DNA from: an uncultured Candidatus Rokubacteria bacterium
Lineage (GTDB): Bacteria > Methylomirabilota > Methylomirabilia > Rokubacteriales > DASRDR01
DNA: 64,000 bases
NCBI GenBank assembly: GCA_963805625.1
Contig: CAWDVE010000010.1
Span: 1,728,001-1,792,000, forward strand
Reading direction: 5' to 3'
The notes beneath the pieces were generated by a model. That model worked only from the letters and a program-made list of their open reading frames with translations, had not been told where the DNA came from and ran no database searches. Positions 43,018 to 52,370 of the stretch are shown here, in pieces. A program made the translations under genes and the position numbers. Position 1 is the first letter of the stretch, and each line of letters begins with the position of its first letter.

Positions 43018-44193
43018 TTACTTGAGGTTCGGGCACTGGTTGCCCGGACCGACGAGCCCGAAGCTCTTGATGATCTTGGTCTTCCCGTCCGCCTGCACCT
43101 GGGCGAGGTAGACCGGCAGCGGCGCGTGGTGCTGCTTGTTCATCTGCACCGCTCCCCGCGGCCCCTTGAAGACGATCGTCGGCAGCACCGCCGCTACCTT
43201 GTCCGCGTCGGTGCTCGTCGCCTTCTCGACTGCCATGGCGTACGCGTGGATGCCGTCGTACTCCGGCTCGGAGAGCGAGTTCGGCGTCTTGAGATTGGCC
43301 CCGAACTTCTTCTTCATCGCCTCGAGGAAGGTCTTGTTCTCGGCGTTGTCGATACCGGTGAAGTAGTCGCCGGTATAGTAGACCCCCTCGGCCGCGTTGC
43401 CTCCCTGCTCGGCCGTCAGCTCGTCGATCGAGAGGCTCCCGACCGGCATCGTCAAGCCGGCCGCCTTGAACTGCTTCATGAAGTCGATGTTCGGCCCGCC
43501 GCCCGAGGTGGCGTACATGATGCCGTCCGGGTTGGCGGCGCGGATCTTGCTGATAATCGCCGTCCAGTCGGACTGCTGGAGCGGCTGGTACTCCTCGCCG
43601 AGGATCGTGCCGCCCAGTTCCTTGATCGTCTTCTTGGCCGGCTCGATCAACCCGCGCCCGAAGGCGTAGTCGCTGCCGAGCACGAACCACTTCTTGACTT
43701 TCTTCTCGTCGGTCATGAACTTCACGAGCGGCGACACGATCTGCTCGGGCACCCAGGCGTTGACGTAGAGGTACTTTCCGCAGGCACGCCCCTCGTAGAA
43801 GGAGGTGTAGATGAACAGCGTCTTCGCGCGGTCGGCGATCGGGGCGCCCGCGTTGCGCGCCGCGCTCGTCTCCATGGTGATGATCACGTCGGCCTTGTGC
43901 TGCCGGATCGCCGTGTTGAACGCTTTCGCGGCACCGGCCGGGCCGCTTTCGTCGTCGAGCGGGAGCAGCTTCACCGGCCGCCCCATGATGCCACCCTTGG
44001 CATTCAGCTCCTCGACCGCCAGTTCCGCCGACTGCACGACGGCCGGTGCCACGACGCTGTTTACGCCGGAGAGGCCGACCGGCACGGCGATGACGATTGG
44101 CTGCTTCGCGGCCGACTGCGCCGCGCCACCCGATGGCGTGGCGAGCCCCAGCATCAGTGCCAGGGCCCCGAGTGTTCTCGAACTCTTCCGCAT
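43018..44193 (-). CDS. ABC substrate-binding protein (UrtA/AmiC-like, amide/urea)
   Basis: ELNAKGGIMGR, YTSFYEG, GSDYAFGR, FKGPRG. Confidence 0.88.
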   Translation of the reverse strand: MRKSSRTLGALALMLGLATPSGGAAQSAAKQPIVIAVPVGLSGVNSVVAPAVVQSAELAVEELNAKGGIMGRPVKLLPLDDESGPAGAAKAFNTAIRQHKADVIITMETSAARNAGAPIADRAKTLFIYTSFYEGRACGKYLYVNAWVPEQIVSPLVKFMTDEKKVKKWFVLGSDYAFGRGLIEPAKKTIKELGGTILGEEYQPLQQSDWTAIISKIRAANPDGIMYATSGGGPNIDFMKQFKAAGLTMPVGSLSIDELTAEQGGNAAEGVYYTGDYFTGIDNAENKTFLEAMKKKFGANLKTPNSLSEPEYDGIHAYAMAVEKATSTDADKVAAVLPTIVFKGPRGAVQMNKQHHAPLPVYLAQVQADGKTKIIKSFGLVGPGNQCPNLK

Positions 44194-44213
44194 GGCTGTT
44201 CCCCCTTCCGGTT

Positions 44214-44909
44214 CTAGATGACCAGGTGTCGTTCGACGTGCTCCCGCGCGCCGGCATCGCTGGCGCGCCCGGTCTCGACGACCGTCCCCCCCTTTAGGAC
44301 GGCATAGCGGTCCGCCAGCGCCAGCGCGAACCCGACGTTTTGCTCCACGAGCACGATCGTGAGGCCGTGCGCCCGCCGCTCCTCCGCCAGGACCTCTGTG
44401 AGCCTCGTGATCATGGCGGGTTGGAGCCCTTCGCTAATCTCGTCCACGAGGACCAGACGCGGACGGGTGAGGAGCGCCCGTCCGATGAGGAGCATCTTCT
44501 GCTCCCCCCCCGAGAGCGTCCCCGCGCGCTGTTGCTGCCGCGCCTTCAACACCGGGAACCAGCGCGCGATCGTCTCGAGCCGCGCGTCGAAACTGGCCCC
44601 GTCTCGCAGCGCGAGGCGCAGGTTCTCCTCCACGGTCAGGTCCTGGAAGATCGACTTCTCCTGGGGGACGTAGCTCACCCCGAGGCGCGTGATGCGGTAG
44701 GGCGGCCATCCGGTGACGTCCTGCCCGAGAAGCTCCACGCGGCCTTTCTTGGCCGGCAGGAGCCCCATGATCGTCTTGAGGAGCGTCGTCTTCCCCATCC
44801 CGTTCTTCCCGAGGATGGCGAAGATCTCGCCGCGCGGGACGTCGAGGGCGACGCCGTGGAGAACCGGTGACTCGCCGTAGCCCCCCTCGAGGGCCTGGAT
44901 GGTGATCAT
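44214..44909 (-). CDS. ABC ATP-binding protein (LivF/UrtE-like)
   Basis: GKNGMGKT, LSGGEQKML, VDEISEGLQP, LVEQN. Confidence 0.92.
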   Translation of the reverse strand: MITIQALEGGYGESPVLHGVALDVPRGEIFAILGKNGMGKTTLLKTIMGLLPAKKGRVELLGQDVTGWPPYRITRLGVSYVPQEKSIFQDLTVEENLRLALRDGASFDARLETIARWFPVLKARQQQRAGTLSGGEQKMLLIGRALLTRPRLVLVDEISEGLQPAMITRLTEVLAEERRAHGLTIVLVEQNVGFALALADRYAVLKGGTVVETGRASDAGAREHVERHLVI

Positions 44910-46711
44910 GGCTTGCCGCCGATGTAGATCGTCCGGACCAGCTCCGAGTCGGCCACCTCCGCGAGCGGGCCATCGAGGAGGATCTTCCCCTGGTGGAGCA
45001 CCACGAGCCGCGTGCTGATCTCGCGGACGAAGTCGAGGTCGTGCTCGATGAGGAGCAGGCAGAGCCGGTGGCTCCGGGCCAGCTCCCGCAGCACGCTGCC
45101 GATCGCCGCCCGCTCGTCGCGCGTGAGCCCCGCCGTCGGCTCGTCGAGGAGGAGCACCGTCGGCTCGAGCGCGAGCACCATCGCAAGCTCCAGGGCCTGC
45201 TTCGCCCCGTGCGAGAGGTGGCCGGCCGGCTCGTTCAGGAGCGGCAGGAGCCCCGAGACCTCGACCGCGTGGAGGGCCGGCTCCGGCAGCGCCAGCGTCC
45301 GGGAGCGCCGCCAGGGCGACGCTGGCGTCCGGTAGGCGCGCGCCACGCGCAGGCAGTCGAGGACTGTCAGGGCGTCGAAGACGTTCGGCGTCTGGAACTT
45401 CCGGCTCACGCCCAGCGCCACGCACTCTTGCGGCGGCAGGCCGTCGATCCGGCGGCCGCCCACCCGCACCTCGCCGCTCGACTGCTCGCGGCCGTCCGCG
45501 ATGCAGCGGAGGAGTGTGGTCTTGCCGGCGCCGTTCGGCCCGACGATCCCCACGACCTCGCCCCGTCTCGCCTCGAGGTTCACCCTCTCGAGCACCTGCA
45601 GGCTCCCGAACCGCTTCGACACGCCACGCAACTCGAGGACCGGCCCGTCCTCGCTCGCGGTGGGGGCCGCGCCGTTCGCTCTGGGAAGGGCGCGCAGCGA
45701 GGCGGTGTGCGCCGCCGGGCGCGCGAGAACCGGCCTCCGCGTCTGCGCGAGCGCACGGACCAGCCGCGACACGCCAGTGACGAGCGCCGGCACGACCCCT
45801 TGTGGGAGGTAGACGACGACCAGCACGAAAGCGACGCCGACGAAGAGGAGCCAGACGAAAGGGAGGTTGCCGCCGAGGACCGCCGAGACGTAGTTGATGC
45901 CGATCGTGCCGAGGATCGGGCCGCCCAGCGTCCCGCGGCCGCCTAGCGCCGTCCAGACGACCATCTCCGTCCCGAAGGTGAAGTCGCCGTAGTTGTGAGC
46001 CGCGACCGTCCCGAAGAGCACGTAGAAGGCGCCGGCCAGCGCCGCCACCGCGCTGCAGACCGCCATCAGGCCGATCTTCAGGCGCGAGGTCCGGAGCCCC
46101 AGGTACCGGCAGCGCTCCTCGTTCTCGCGGATCGCGACCAGCATCCGCCCCGCGTCGCTCGTGACAAGCACGTAGGCGCCGACCGCCACGAGGAGGAGGA
46201 GCCCTCCCGAGATCCAGAACCACTCTTCGCCCGAGAGGAACGGCGCTGGGATCGGCAGCCCGCTGCTCGACCCCGTGTATGCGCCGCCGGAGAGGATGAT
46301 CTGCGTGAAGACCACCGGGAGCGCCAGCGTCACGATCGCCGCGTAGATCGGCGACGCGCGGTCGAAGAAGGCGAGCCACCCGACCCCTGCGCCCACCAGC
46401 GCCGCCGCCGCCATCGCCACGACGATCGCCCCCGCCGTCGCGAGCAGCCCCTCGACGTAGTAGGCGAGCGCGAGGGCCACCGTGTAGACGCCGATGCCGA
46501 AGAACGCCGACTGGCCGAACGTCAGGACGCCCGTATAGCCCCAGAGAAGGTCGACCGTGATCGCCGCGATCGCGAAGAAGAACGCCTGGGCGAGGATCTG
46601 CTGCGCGTAATCATCGAGAACAAACGGGCTCGCGGCCAGGGCCGCGGCCAGGAGCGTTGTAACGGTGAGTATGCCTTGCCACCGAGCGGCCATCCAAGTG
46701 TCCACTGGCAC
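44906..46711 (-). CDS. Fused ABC permease + ATP-binding protein (LivM-LivG / UrtC-UrtD-like)
   Basis: DLLWGYTGVLTFGQSAFFG, AIRENE, GPNGAGKT, LSHG, LLDEP, IEHD. Confidence 0.92.
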   Translation of the reverse strand: MPVDTWMAARWQGILTVTTLLAAALAASPFVLDDYAQQILAQAFFFAIAAITVDLLWGYTGVLTFGQSAFFGIGVYTVALALAYYVEGLLATAGAIVVAMAAAALVGAGVGWLAFFDRASPIYAAIVTLALPVVFTQIILSGGAYTGSSSGLPIPAPFLSGEEWFWISGGLLLLVAVGAYVLVTSDAGRMLVAIRENEERCRYLGLRTSRLKIGLMAVCSAVAALAGAFYVLFGTVAAHNYGDFTFGTEMVVWTALGGRGTLGGPILGTIGINYVSAVLGGNLPFVWLLFVGVAFVLVVVYLPQGVVPALVTGVSRLVRALAQTRRPVLARPAAHTASLRALPRANGAAPTASEDGPVLELRGVSKRFGSLQVLERVNLEARRGEVVGIVGPNGAGKTTLLRCIADGREQSSGEVRVGGRRIDGLPPQECVALGVSRKFQTPNVFDALTVLDCLRVARAYRTPASPWRRSRTLALPEPALHAVEVSGLLPLLNEPAGHLSHGAKQALELAMVLALEPTVLLLDEPTAGLTRDERAAIGSVLRELARSHRLCLLLIEHDLDFVREISTRLVVLHQGKILLDGPLAEVADSELVRTIYIGGKP

Positions 46712-46755
46712 TATAACTCGGTTTCGCGCGACAATGCGGAACGGCGGGGGTGTCT

Positions 46756-47640
46756 ATGAGCGATCGAAAGGGACGCGACGAGGCGGTCGTGAAGATCGCC
46801 TGTGTCCAGATGGCGCCGGTCGTCGGCGAGAAGGAGCGGAACGTCCGTCGGAGCGTCGAGCGGATCGAGGAGGCCGCCGGCGCGGGCGCCGGTCTGATCG
46901 TGCTGCCCGAGCTGTGCAATTCGGGATACGTGTTCGACTCCCGCGAGGAGGCCTTCGCGCTAGCCGAGGAGATCCCGGACGGCCCCACCTGCCAGGCCTG
47001 GATCGAGGTCGCCCGCAAGCACGGTCTCCACCTAGTCGCCGGCATCGCCGAGCGGTACGGGCAGGTCCTCTACAACGCCGCCGTCGTCATCGGGCCATCA
47101 GGCTTCGTCGGGAAGTTCCGGAAGAACCACCTCTGGAACGAGGAGAACCTCTTCTTCGAGCCGGGCAACCTCGGCTTCCCCGTCTTCAAGACGCCAGTAG
47201 GTCGTATCGGGACCTTCATCTGCTACGACGGCTGGTTCCCCGAGAGCTATCGGCTCTGCGCCCTGCAGGGCGCCGATATCGTCTGCATCCCCACCAACTG
47301 GGTACCCATCCCGGGGCAGGCGAAGAACCGAGAGGCGATGGCCAACATCCTCGTCATGGCCGCCGCCCACGCCAACTCCGTCTTCGTCGCCGCCGCCGAC
47401 CGGGTCGGCACCGAGCGGGGGCAGCCCTTCATCGGCCAGAGCCTCATCGCGTCGTATACCGGCTGGCCCATCGCCGGCCCCGCCAGCCCCGACACGGAGG
47501 AAATCCTCTACGCCGAGGCCAACCTCGCCGACGCCCGCCGCAAGCGCAACTGGACCGAGTACAACCAGGTGCTCCGCGACCGCCGCACCGACGTCTACGA
47601 TGAGATGCTCGGCGCCAAAACAACCAGGGGGTGGTACTGA
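46756..47640 (+). CDS. Nitrilase-superfamily carbon-nitrogen hydrolase
   Basis: E-K-C triad: LPELCNSGY, FRKNHLW, ICYDGWFPE. Confidence 0.92.
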   Translation: MSDRKGRDEAVVKIACVQMAPVVGEKERNVRRSVERIEEAAGAGAGLIVLPELCNSGYVFDSREEAFALAEEIPDGPTCQAWIEVARKHGLHLVAGIAERYGQVLYNAAVVIGPSGFVGKFRKNHLWNEENLFFEPGNLGFPVFKTPVGRIGTFICYDGWFPESYRLCALQGADIVCIPTNWVPIPGQAKNREAMANILVMAAAHANSVFVAAADRVGTERGQPFIGQSLIASYTGWPIAGPASPDTEEILYAEANLADARRKRNWTEYNQVLRDRRTDVYDEMLGAKTTRGWY

Positions 47641-47825
47641 TGACGTTGCCGCCGCTCAAACACGTGGCCGAACTGGCCGGCTACCCGCTGCCAGAAGCGG
47701 ATCTCAAGCAGGTCGCGTCGATCCTCGAGGGGATGATGGAGGACATCCAGAAGCTCCGTGATCTGGACTTGCCCGACGACGTCGAGCCGATCCTCACCTT
47801 TCAGGTCGACCCCTGGAAGGCGTGA
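47640..47825 (+). CDS. Small GatC/AtzG-like amidase partner (61 aa)
   Basis: Overlaps the upstream stop (TGATG) and ends 1 nt before the amidase start; helical, with LDL...EP..F tail. Confidence 0.65.
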   Translation: MTLPPLKHVAELAGYPLPEADLKQVASILEGMMEDIQKLRDLDLPDDVEPILTFQVDPWKA

Positions 47826-47826
47826 G

Positions 47827-49245
47827 ATGAGCGCTGCCGAGTGGCCCTGGCGATCTCTGGCCGCCGCCGCGAGCGCCGTCGAGTCGCGCGCCGTCTCGCC
47901 TGTTGAGCTGACCCAGGCCTGTCTCGACCGGATCGAGAAGGTCGACCGTGCCGTGCACGCCTTCGTCTCCGTCGATGCCGAGGGGGCGCTCGAGGCCGCC
48001 CGGGTCGCCGAGCGTGAAATATTGGCCGGCCGCTACCGAGGCCCCCTGCACGGCATCCCCATCGGCATCAAGGACAACTACGACACCGTCGGCGTCCCCA
48101 CCCGCAACGGCTCCCAGGTCTTCGTCGACCGGATGCCGTCGTCGGACTCGACGGCCTGGGCGCTCTTGCGCGACGCCGGCGCCGTGCTCCTCGGCAAGAC
48201 CGTGATGAGCGAGGCCGCCTGGGGCGTCGACTTCCCGCCTGTGCGGAACCCTTGGGACGTGCGGCGCAACCCCGGCCTGTCGTCCGGCGGCTCCGGAGCC
48301 GCCGTGGCCGCCGGGATGTGCTTCATGGCCATGGGGTCGGATACCGGCGGGTCCATCCGGATCCCCGCTGGGCTCTCGGGCGTCGTCGGGTTGAAGGCCA
48401 CCTACGGCCGCGTCTCGAAGGCCGGCGTGATGCCCCACACCTGGTCTCTGGACAGCGCCGGGCCGTTGACCCGGCGGGTCGAGGACGCCGCGTTGACGCT
48501 CCGGGTGATCGCCGGCTTCGACCCGCGCGATCCCGACTCGGCCAACATGCCCGTCGGCGACTACCTCGCCTCGTTGAAGAAGGGCATCCGCGGCCTGCGC
48601 GTCGGCGTGCCGCGCGAGCACTTCTGGGACCGGATGGAGTCTCGCGTCGAGCCTGTCGTCCGCCAGGCCCTACGCGATCTCGAGGGGGCCGGCGCGCGGG
48701 TGGAGGAGGGCTCCATCCCCCACATGGCCGGCGCCCTCGGCGCCATCCTCGTGACCGAGATGGCGTCGGTCACCGCCTGGCACGACACGTATCTGCGGCA
48801 GCCCGACCGGCGTGCCCGGTACACCCCAGAGGTGCGCGCCCTCATGGACGCCGGGAAGTTCATCTTCGCCACTGACTTCCTCAAGGCTCAGCGCCTGCGC
48901 CGGGTGCTGACTGATGAGGTGCGCGCCGCCTTCGCCGGCGTCGACGTCCTTGCGACGCCGACATTGCCCTTGTGCGGCTGGGAGGTTTCGCAGAGCCACG
49001 TCGAGATCGCCGGCCAGCCCGAGCACGTGCTCCACGCTTGCTGGCGTTACACGCACCCCTGGAACCTGACCGGGCTGCCCGCGCTGTCCGTGCCGTGCGG
49101 GTTCGCGGACGGGCTCCCCGTCGGCCTGCAGCTCGTCGGCAAGCCATTCGACGAGGCGACCATCTTACGGGTGGGGCAGGCGTATCAGCAGACCACCCGC
49201 TGGCACGAGCAGCATCCGGCCGACCCCGCGCCGGGCGCGGCCTGA
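47827..49245 (+). CDS. Amidase-signature family amidase
   Basis: GPLHGIPIGIKD, GLSSGGSGAAV, GSDTGGSIRIPA, GLPVGLQL. Confidence 0.95.
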   Translation: MSAAEWPWRSLAAAASAVESRAVSPVELTQACLDRIEKVDRAVHAFVSVDAEGALEAARVAEREILAGRYRGPLHGIPIGIKDNYDTVGVPTRNGSQVFVDRMPSSDSTAWALLRDAGAVLLGKTVMSEAAWGVDFPPVRNPWDVRRNPGLSSGGSGAAVAAGMCFMAMGSDTGGSIRIPAGLSGVVGLKATYGRVSKAGVMPHTWSLDSAGPLTRRVEDAALTLRVIAGFDPRDPDSANMPVGDYLASLKKGIRGLRVGVPREHFWDRMESRVEPVVRQALRDLEGAGARVEEGSIPHMAGALGAILVTEMASVTAWHDTYLRQPDRRARYTPEVRALMDAGKFIFATDFLKAQRLRRVLTDEVRAAFAGVDVLATPTLPLCGWEVSQSHVEIAGQPEHVLHACWRYTHPWNLTGLPALSVPCGFADGLPVGLQLVGKPFDEATILRVGQAYQQTTRWHEQHPADPAPGAA

Positions 49246-49265
49246 TTGTTGTTCGAGGAGTCGCA

Positions 49266-49985
49266 ATGTCCGACTGGAAGCTGGACCGGAAGAGCGCGTA
49301 CGTCCCCGACGTCATCCCCGACAGCGACCTCGCCATGTATCGCAAGGCGGGCTTCGGCCATCCCATCGGCTGGGGCCGCAAGGTCGGCATCGCCGTCGTC
49401 GACATGACCCGCGCCTTCACCGAGGACCGGTTCGCGTTGGGGAGCGCGAAGATGGGGCAGGTGGCGCTACGTGGGATCTCGCTGTTGCTCGCGGTGGCCC
49501 GGCCGGTCGGAGTGCCGATCTTCTTCACCAAGATGGCGCCGTTCAAGAACCGCACGGAGGCCGGCCGCTGGTTCGACTCCTGCCCCGGCATCTTCGGCCG
49601 GGACGACGACCCCGCCGCCCATGAGTCCGTCGAGATCCCGCCCGAGATCGCCCCACGTCCCGACGAGCCCGTGATCGTCAAGGGGAAGCCGAGCGCTTTC
49701 TTCGGGACGCAACTCCACAGCATGCTGACCTACCACAACGTCGACACGCTGATCATTACCGGCATGGTCACCTCCGGCTGCGTCCGGGCGACCGTCGACG
49801 ACGCCTTCTCATACGACTACCGGGTGATCATTCCCGAGGAGTGCGTCGCCGACCGCGCCGAGGTGCCGCACCGGGTGAACCTGTTCGATATGGAGATGAT
49901 CAGTGCGGATGTGATCGAACTGGAGGAAGTGCTGCGGCATCTGCGCGGGCTGAACCGTGCCGTGTACGCGGAGGCCAGGCTGTAG
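49266..49985 (+). CDS. Isochorismatase-family cysteine hydrolase (N-carbamoylsarcosine/maleamate amidase-like)
   Basis: VVDM, KGKPSAFFGT, TSGCVRATVDDA. Confidence 0.9.
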   Translation: MSDWKLDRKSAYVPDVIPDSDLAMYRKAGFGHPIGWGRKVGIAVVDMTRAFTEDRFALGSAKMGQVALRGISLLLAVARPVGVPIFFTKMAPFKNRTEAGRWFDSCPGIFGRDDDPAAHESVEIPPEIAPRPDEPVIVKGKPSAFFGTQLHSMLTYHNVDTLIITGMVTSGCVRATVDDAFSYDYRVIIPEECVADRAEVPHRVNLFDMEMISADVIELEEVLRHLRGLNRAVYAEARL

Positions 49986-50243
49986 TGCCGGTCCTCATTG
50001 CTCATGCTGCGACTGCGCCTTTTGCCCCAGGGCCGACTTTGTCGCCTTCTCCATGTCGGGGCGATTCACCTCGGTCTTCCTGCGCCTTGCGTCTGACACT
50101 CCACACGGAACACGTTGGTCCACGCGGGATGTTGTTCGGAGCCATGGCCCAGGCGCTTGACGAACGACCGCTGCTCTTCCACTGGATGGGTTAAACAGAA
50201 GGGACAGGGGGTCAATCTCGGGCCCGGACGGGAGCCGTGCACG

Positions 50244-50648
50244 TCACGGAATGATGGAGAAGCGTCCGAGCTTGGCGGGGCGATAAACACCGAAGTCCCG
50301 GTGGTCGAGCGTGAACACCTTGTTGACCCCATCGCGCTCCGCCACCGCCACCAGGCTCGCATCTGCGAGGTCCATGGGCAGATCCCGGTACTTCCGCATC
50401 AGCGCCCGCATGCGGGGCGCGTCCGATGCATCGAGTCCAAGGAGGTGCAAGCGCCCGCTCTCGATCAAGCTCCACAACTCGTCTTGCGCCTCCGTGGAGA
50501 ACCCGAGGAGGTACATGGCCTCGGTCACCACCGGCCAGGTTGTGCCCAACGGCGGCCGCAACGCGCGCAACGCCTGGACGCACTCGCGATGGCGCCTATC
50601 GTCCCGGTGGAGGATGGCCACCAGGGGGCCGGCATCAACGAGGATCAT
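50244..50648 (-). CDS. PIN-domain toxin (VapC-like)
   Basis: MILVDAGPLVA..VVTEA..PMDLADASLV..FTLDHRDF. Confidence 0.92.
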   Translation of the reverse strand: MILVDAGPLVAILHRDDRRHRECVQALRALRPPLGTTWPVVTEAMYLLGFSTEAQDELWSLIESGRLHLLGLDASDAPRMRALMRKYRDLPMDLADASLVAVAERDGVNKVFTLDHRDFGVYRPAKLGRFSIIP

Positions 50649-50905
50649 GCGCGGCGCTTGGACAGGAGGAGTGAACGGAAGTGGTCGCCGGTGCGCTCCG
50701 ATAGATCCGGCGGCCCGCCCTCGGCACACCCGATAGCGTCCTTCCACATCTCGAAGGCCATTGGTCCCTGTCGGGTCTCGGATTCCGCGGCGGCGAGGCG
50801 CTGAATGGCGTCACGGATGACCTGTGATCTGGTCCGCCCCGTGCGGCGCGCCAGGGAGCGGACCGCGCGCTCCGTCTTCGGATCGAGTCTCACACTGATC
50901 GGCAT
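50645..50905 (-). CDS. Ribbon-helix-helix antitoxin
   Basis: ISVRLD..LARRTGRTRSQVIRDAI; ATGA overlap with the PIN gene. Confidence 0.88.
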   Translation of the reverse strand: MPISVRLDPKTERAVRSLARRTGRTRSQVIRDAIQRLAAAESETRQGPMAFEMWKDAIGCAEGGPPDLSERTGDHFRSLLLSKRRA

Positions 50906-50915
50906 GGCCCCGCCC

Positions 50916-50949
50916 TCCTGTAGACGTATGACGGTATTGTACTACAGGA
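50916..50949. promoter_or_regulatory. Inverted repeat upstream of the TA operon (probable operator)
   Basis: TCCTGTAG-N18-CTACAGGA. Confidence 0.55.
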
Positions 50950-51556
50950 CAGGCGGGCACCGCCCCGCGGGAGGTCTCAGGCTCGCTCGCTGAGGACCAC
51001 CGAGAGCTGAGCGTCGTTCGCGCCGGTTACTCATCGGGTTCATGTCTTTGGACAGGCCGCCGCTCACCCTCGTCCATCATTGCGGCCGGCGCGCGTTCGG
51101 AGCGGGCGCGGGGGCTGCTCGCCGCACTGTTCTCTGGCGACGATCCAGCGCCTCAGGCTGGGGCGACACAAGACCCGTGAGACTTCCGCGCGACATCCCG
51201 GTGGCGAGTTCGCACGAGCCCCGGGCGATATCGGGTCCCGGGTAACCCGCCAGACCGGGAGCCAACTTCGCCAGACGACCTTTGAATCCAGTGAGCATCA
51301 CGTGACCATCCCACGTCATGACGCCTGTTCGGTCGGTAGGAAGTCCTTCCTCGTTTGCCCCCTCAACGGTATAAGTCCTCGGCAGCAAAGGCGGGAGGCG
51401 GGGACTGAAACTCCCGCTGTTGGGATCCCAACTTTCAAGCCGCACTTCTTCCGGCTGATCCTCGCCCGCGGGCCCAGAGCACAAGCTGAGAGCTCACGGA
51501 GAGAGCGCGCAGGGGGGGCCGTCCGCTAATAGTTGCCGTCGCGCGAGCGCTCCGCC

Positions 51557-51600
51557 GGTCACCAAACGGTCACCATCCGATGGTGACTTTCTTGGTGACC
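51557..51600. repeat. Integrase arm-type-like repeats
   Basis: GGTCACCA-N3-GGTCACCA, then inverted TGGTGAC-N5-TGGTGACC. Confidence 0.7.
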
Positions 51601-51731
51601 CAGTCGACTCCGTGTCCGGGAAGTGCGCGATAAACAAGGACGACGCGCTGGGCCAGAAGAATGAATGCCAGTCTGGAAAAATAGCAATCGCATCGGGGGC
51701 TACGGCGTGCGCCGTAACCCCCGATGACCAT

Positions 51732-51776
51732 TGGAGCGGGCGACCGGAATCGAACCGGCGACGTCCAGCTTGGGAA
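51732..51776 (-). repeat. 3' half of tRNA-Gly(CCC), att core copy 3
   Basis: Identical to copy 2; its flank 51662-51731 aligns with 33846-33915. Confidence 0.92.
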
Positions 51777-51814
51777 TTTCCTTATGCCTGCCTCACAAAC
51801 TGCCACTTTCTGAG

Positions 51815-52054
51815 CCGCCGGCGGGCAAACCCTTCCAGTGCGGTGGGCGAGAACACCACGCCGATCGCCGTGGGTTCACCATGGCGATTCAGCTCCGCAT
51901 AGCGCGACACCGTCCCCTTCCCGAGATCCGTCTGCCCTCCCAGGTGTCGGGCTGCTGGCGCGTCAGAGCGCCGGTCGAGTAACGCACACCCGGTCAGGAT
52001 CATCGCCACCAATAGGACAACTGCAAGGGAACCAACCATTCTGTGCCCCTCCAC
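51815..52054 (-). pseudogene. Lipoprotein N-terminal fragment, truncated at the att arm
   Basis: Lipobox LTGC; LGKGTVSRYAEL..GEPTAIGVVF..ALEG, then att arm sequence. Confidence 0.55.
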
Positions 52055-52325
52055 GTGTCAGGCAACGGGGTTCCAGAGCGCCTCGCTGGCGAGCGGTGCT
52101 GCGAGGACGGCGAGCATCAGGGTGAGGATGCGTCGGGACTGGGGGGGACATGAAGTCTCCCTTTCTCGGGCGTTTCCCACCAACGTGGCTCACGGACAAG
52201 GCAACCTGGCGGGTTGGGACACTTATGCCACGGGCTGGGGACCGGCTGACTCTGTCCCCGCCACGCCATGGGGGAAGAGAGTCAAATGCTGCACCGAACG
52301 TAATGCGCTCGCATCACAACCTCCC

Positions 52326-52341
52326 CGGCACAGCAATTGCT
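52326..52341 (+). promoter_or_regulatory. Sigma-54 promoter (-24/-12)
   Basis: CGGCAC-AGCAA-TTGCT, exact GG-N10-GC spacing, 30 bp before the operon. Confidence 0.75.
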
Positions 52342-52370
52342 GATCCGTGACCATGGGCGGGGGGTAGGCG

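Noticed and set aside
51077-51550. Integrase remnant next to att copy 3 (also checked 39560-39830 and 33600-33845)
   Set aside because: No HxLRH or LGH..Y motifs recognisable in the provided translations; an HMM search is needed to exclude highly decayed remnants.
33916-51776. Functional tRNA-Gly genes
   Set aside because: All three copies lack the 5' acceptor strand, D-arm and 5' anticodon stem, so they are att-type fragments.
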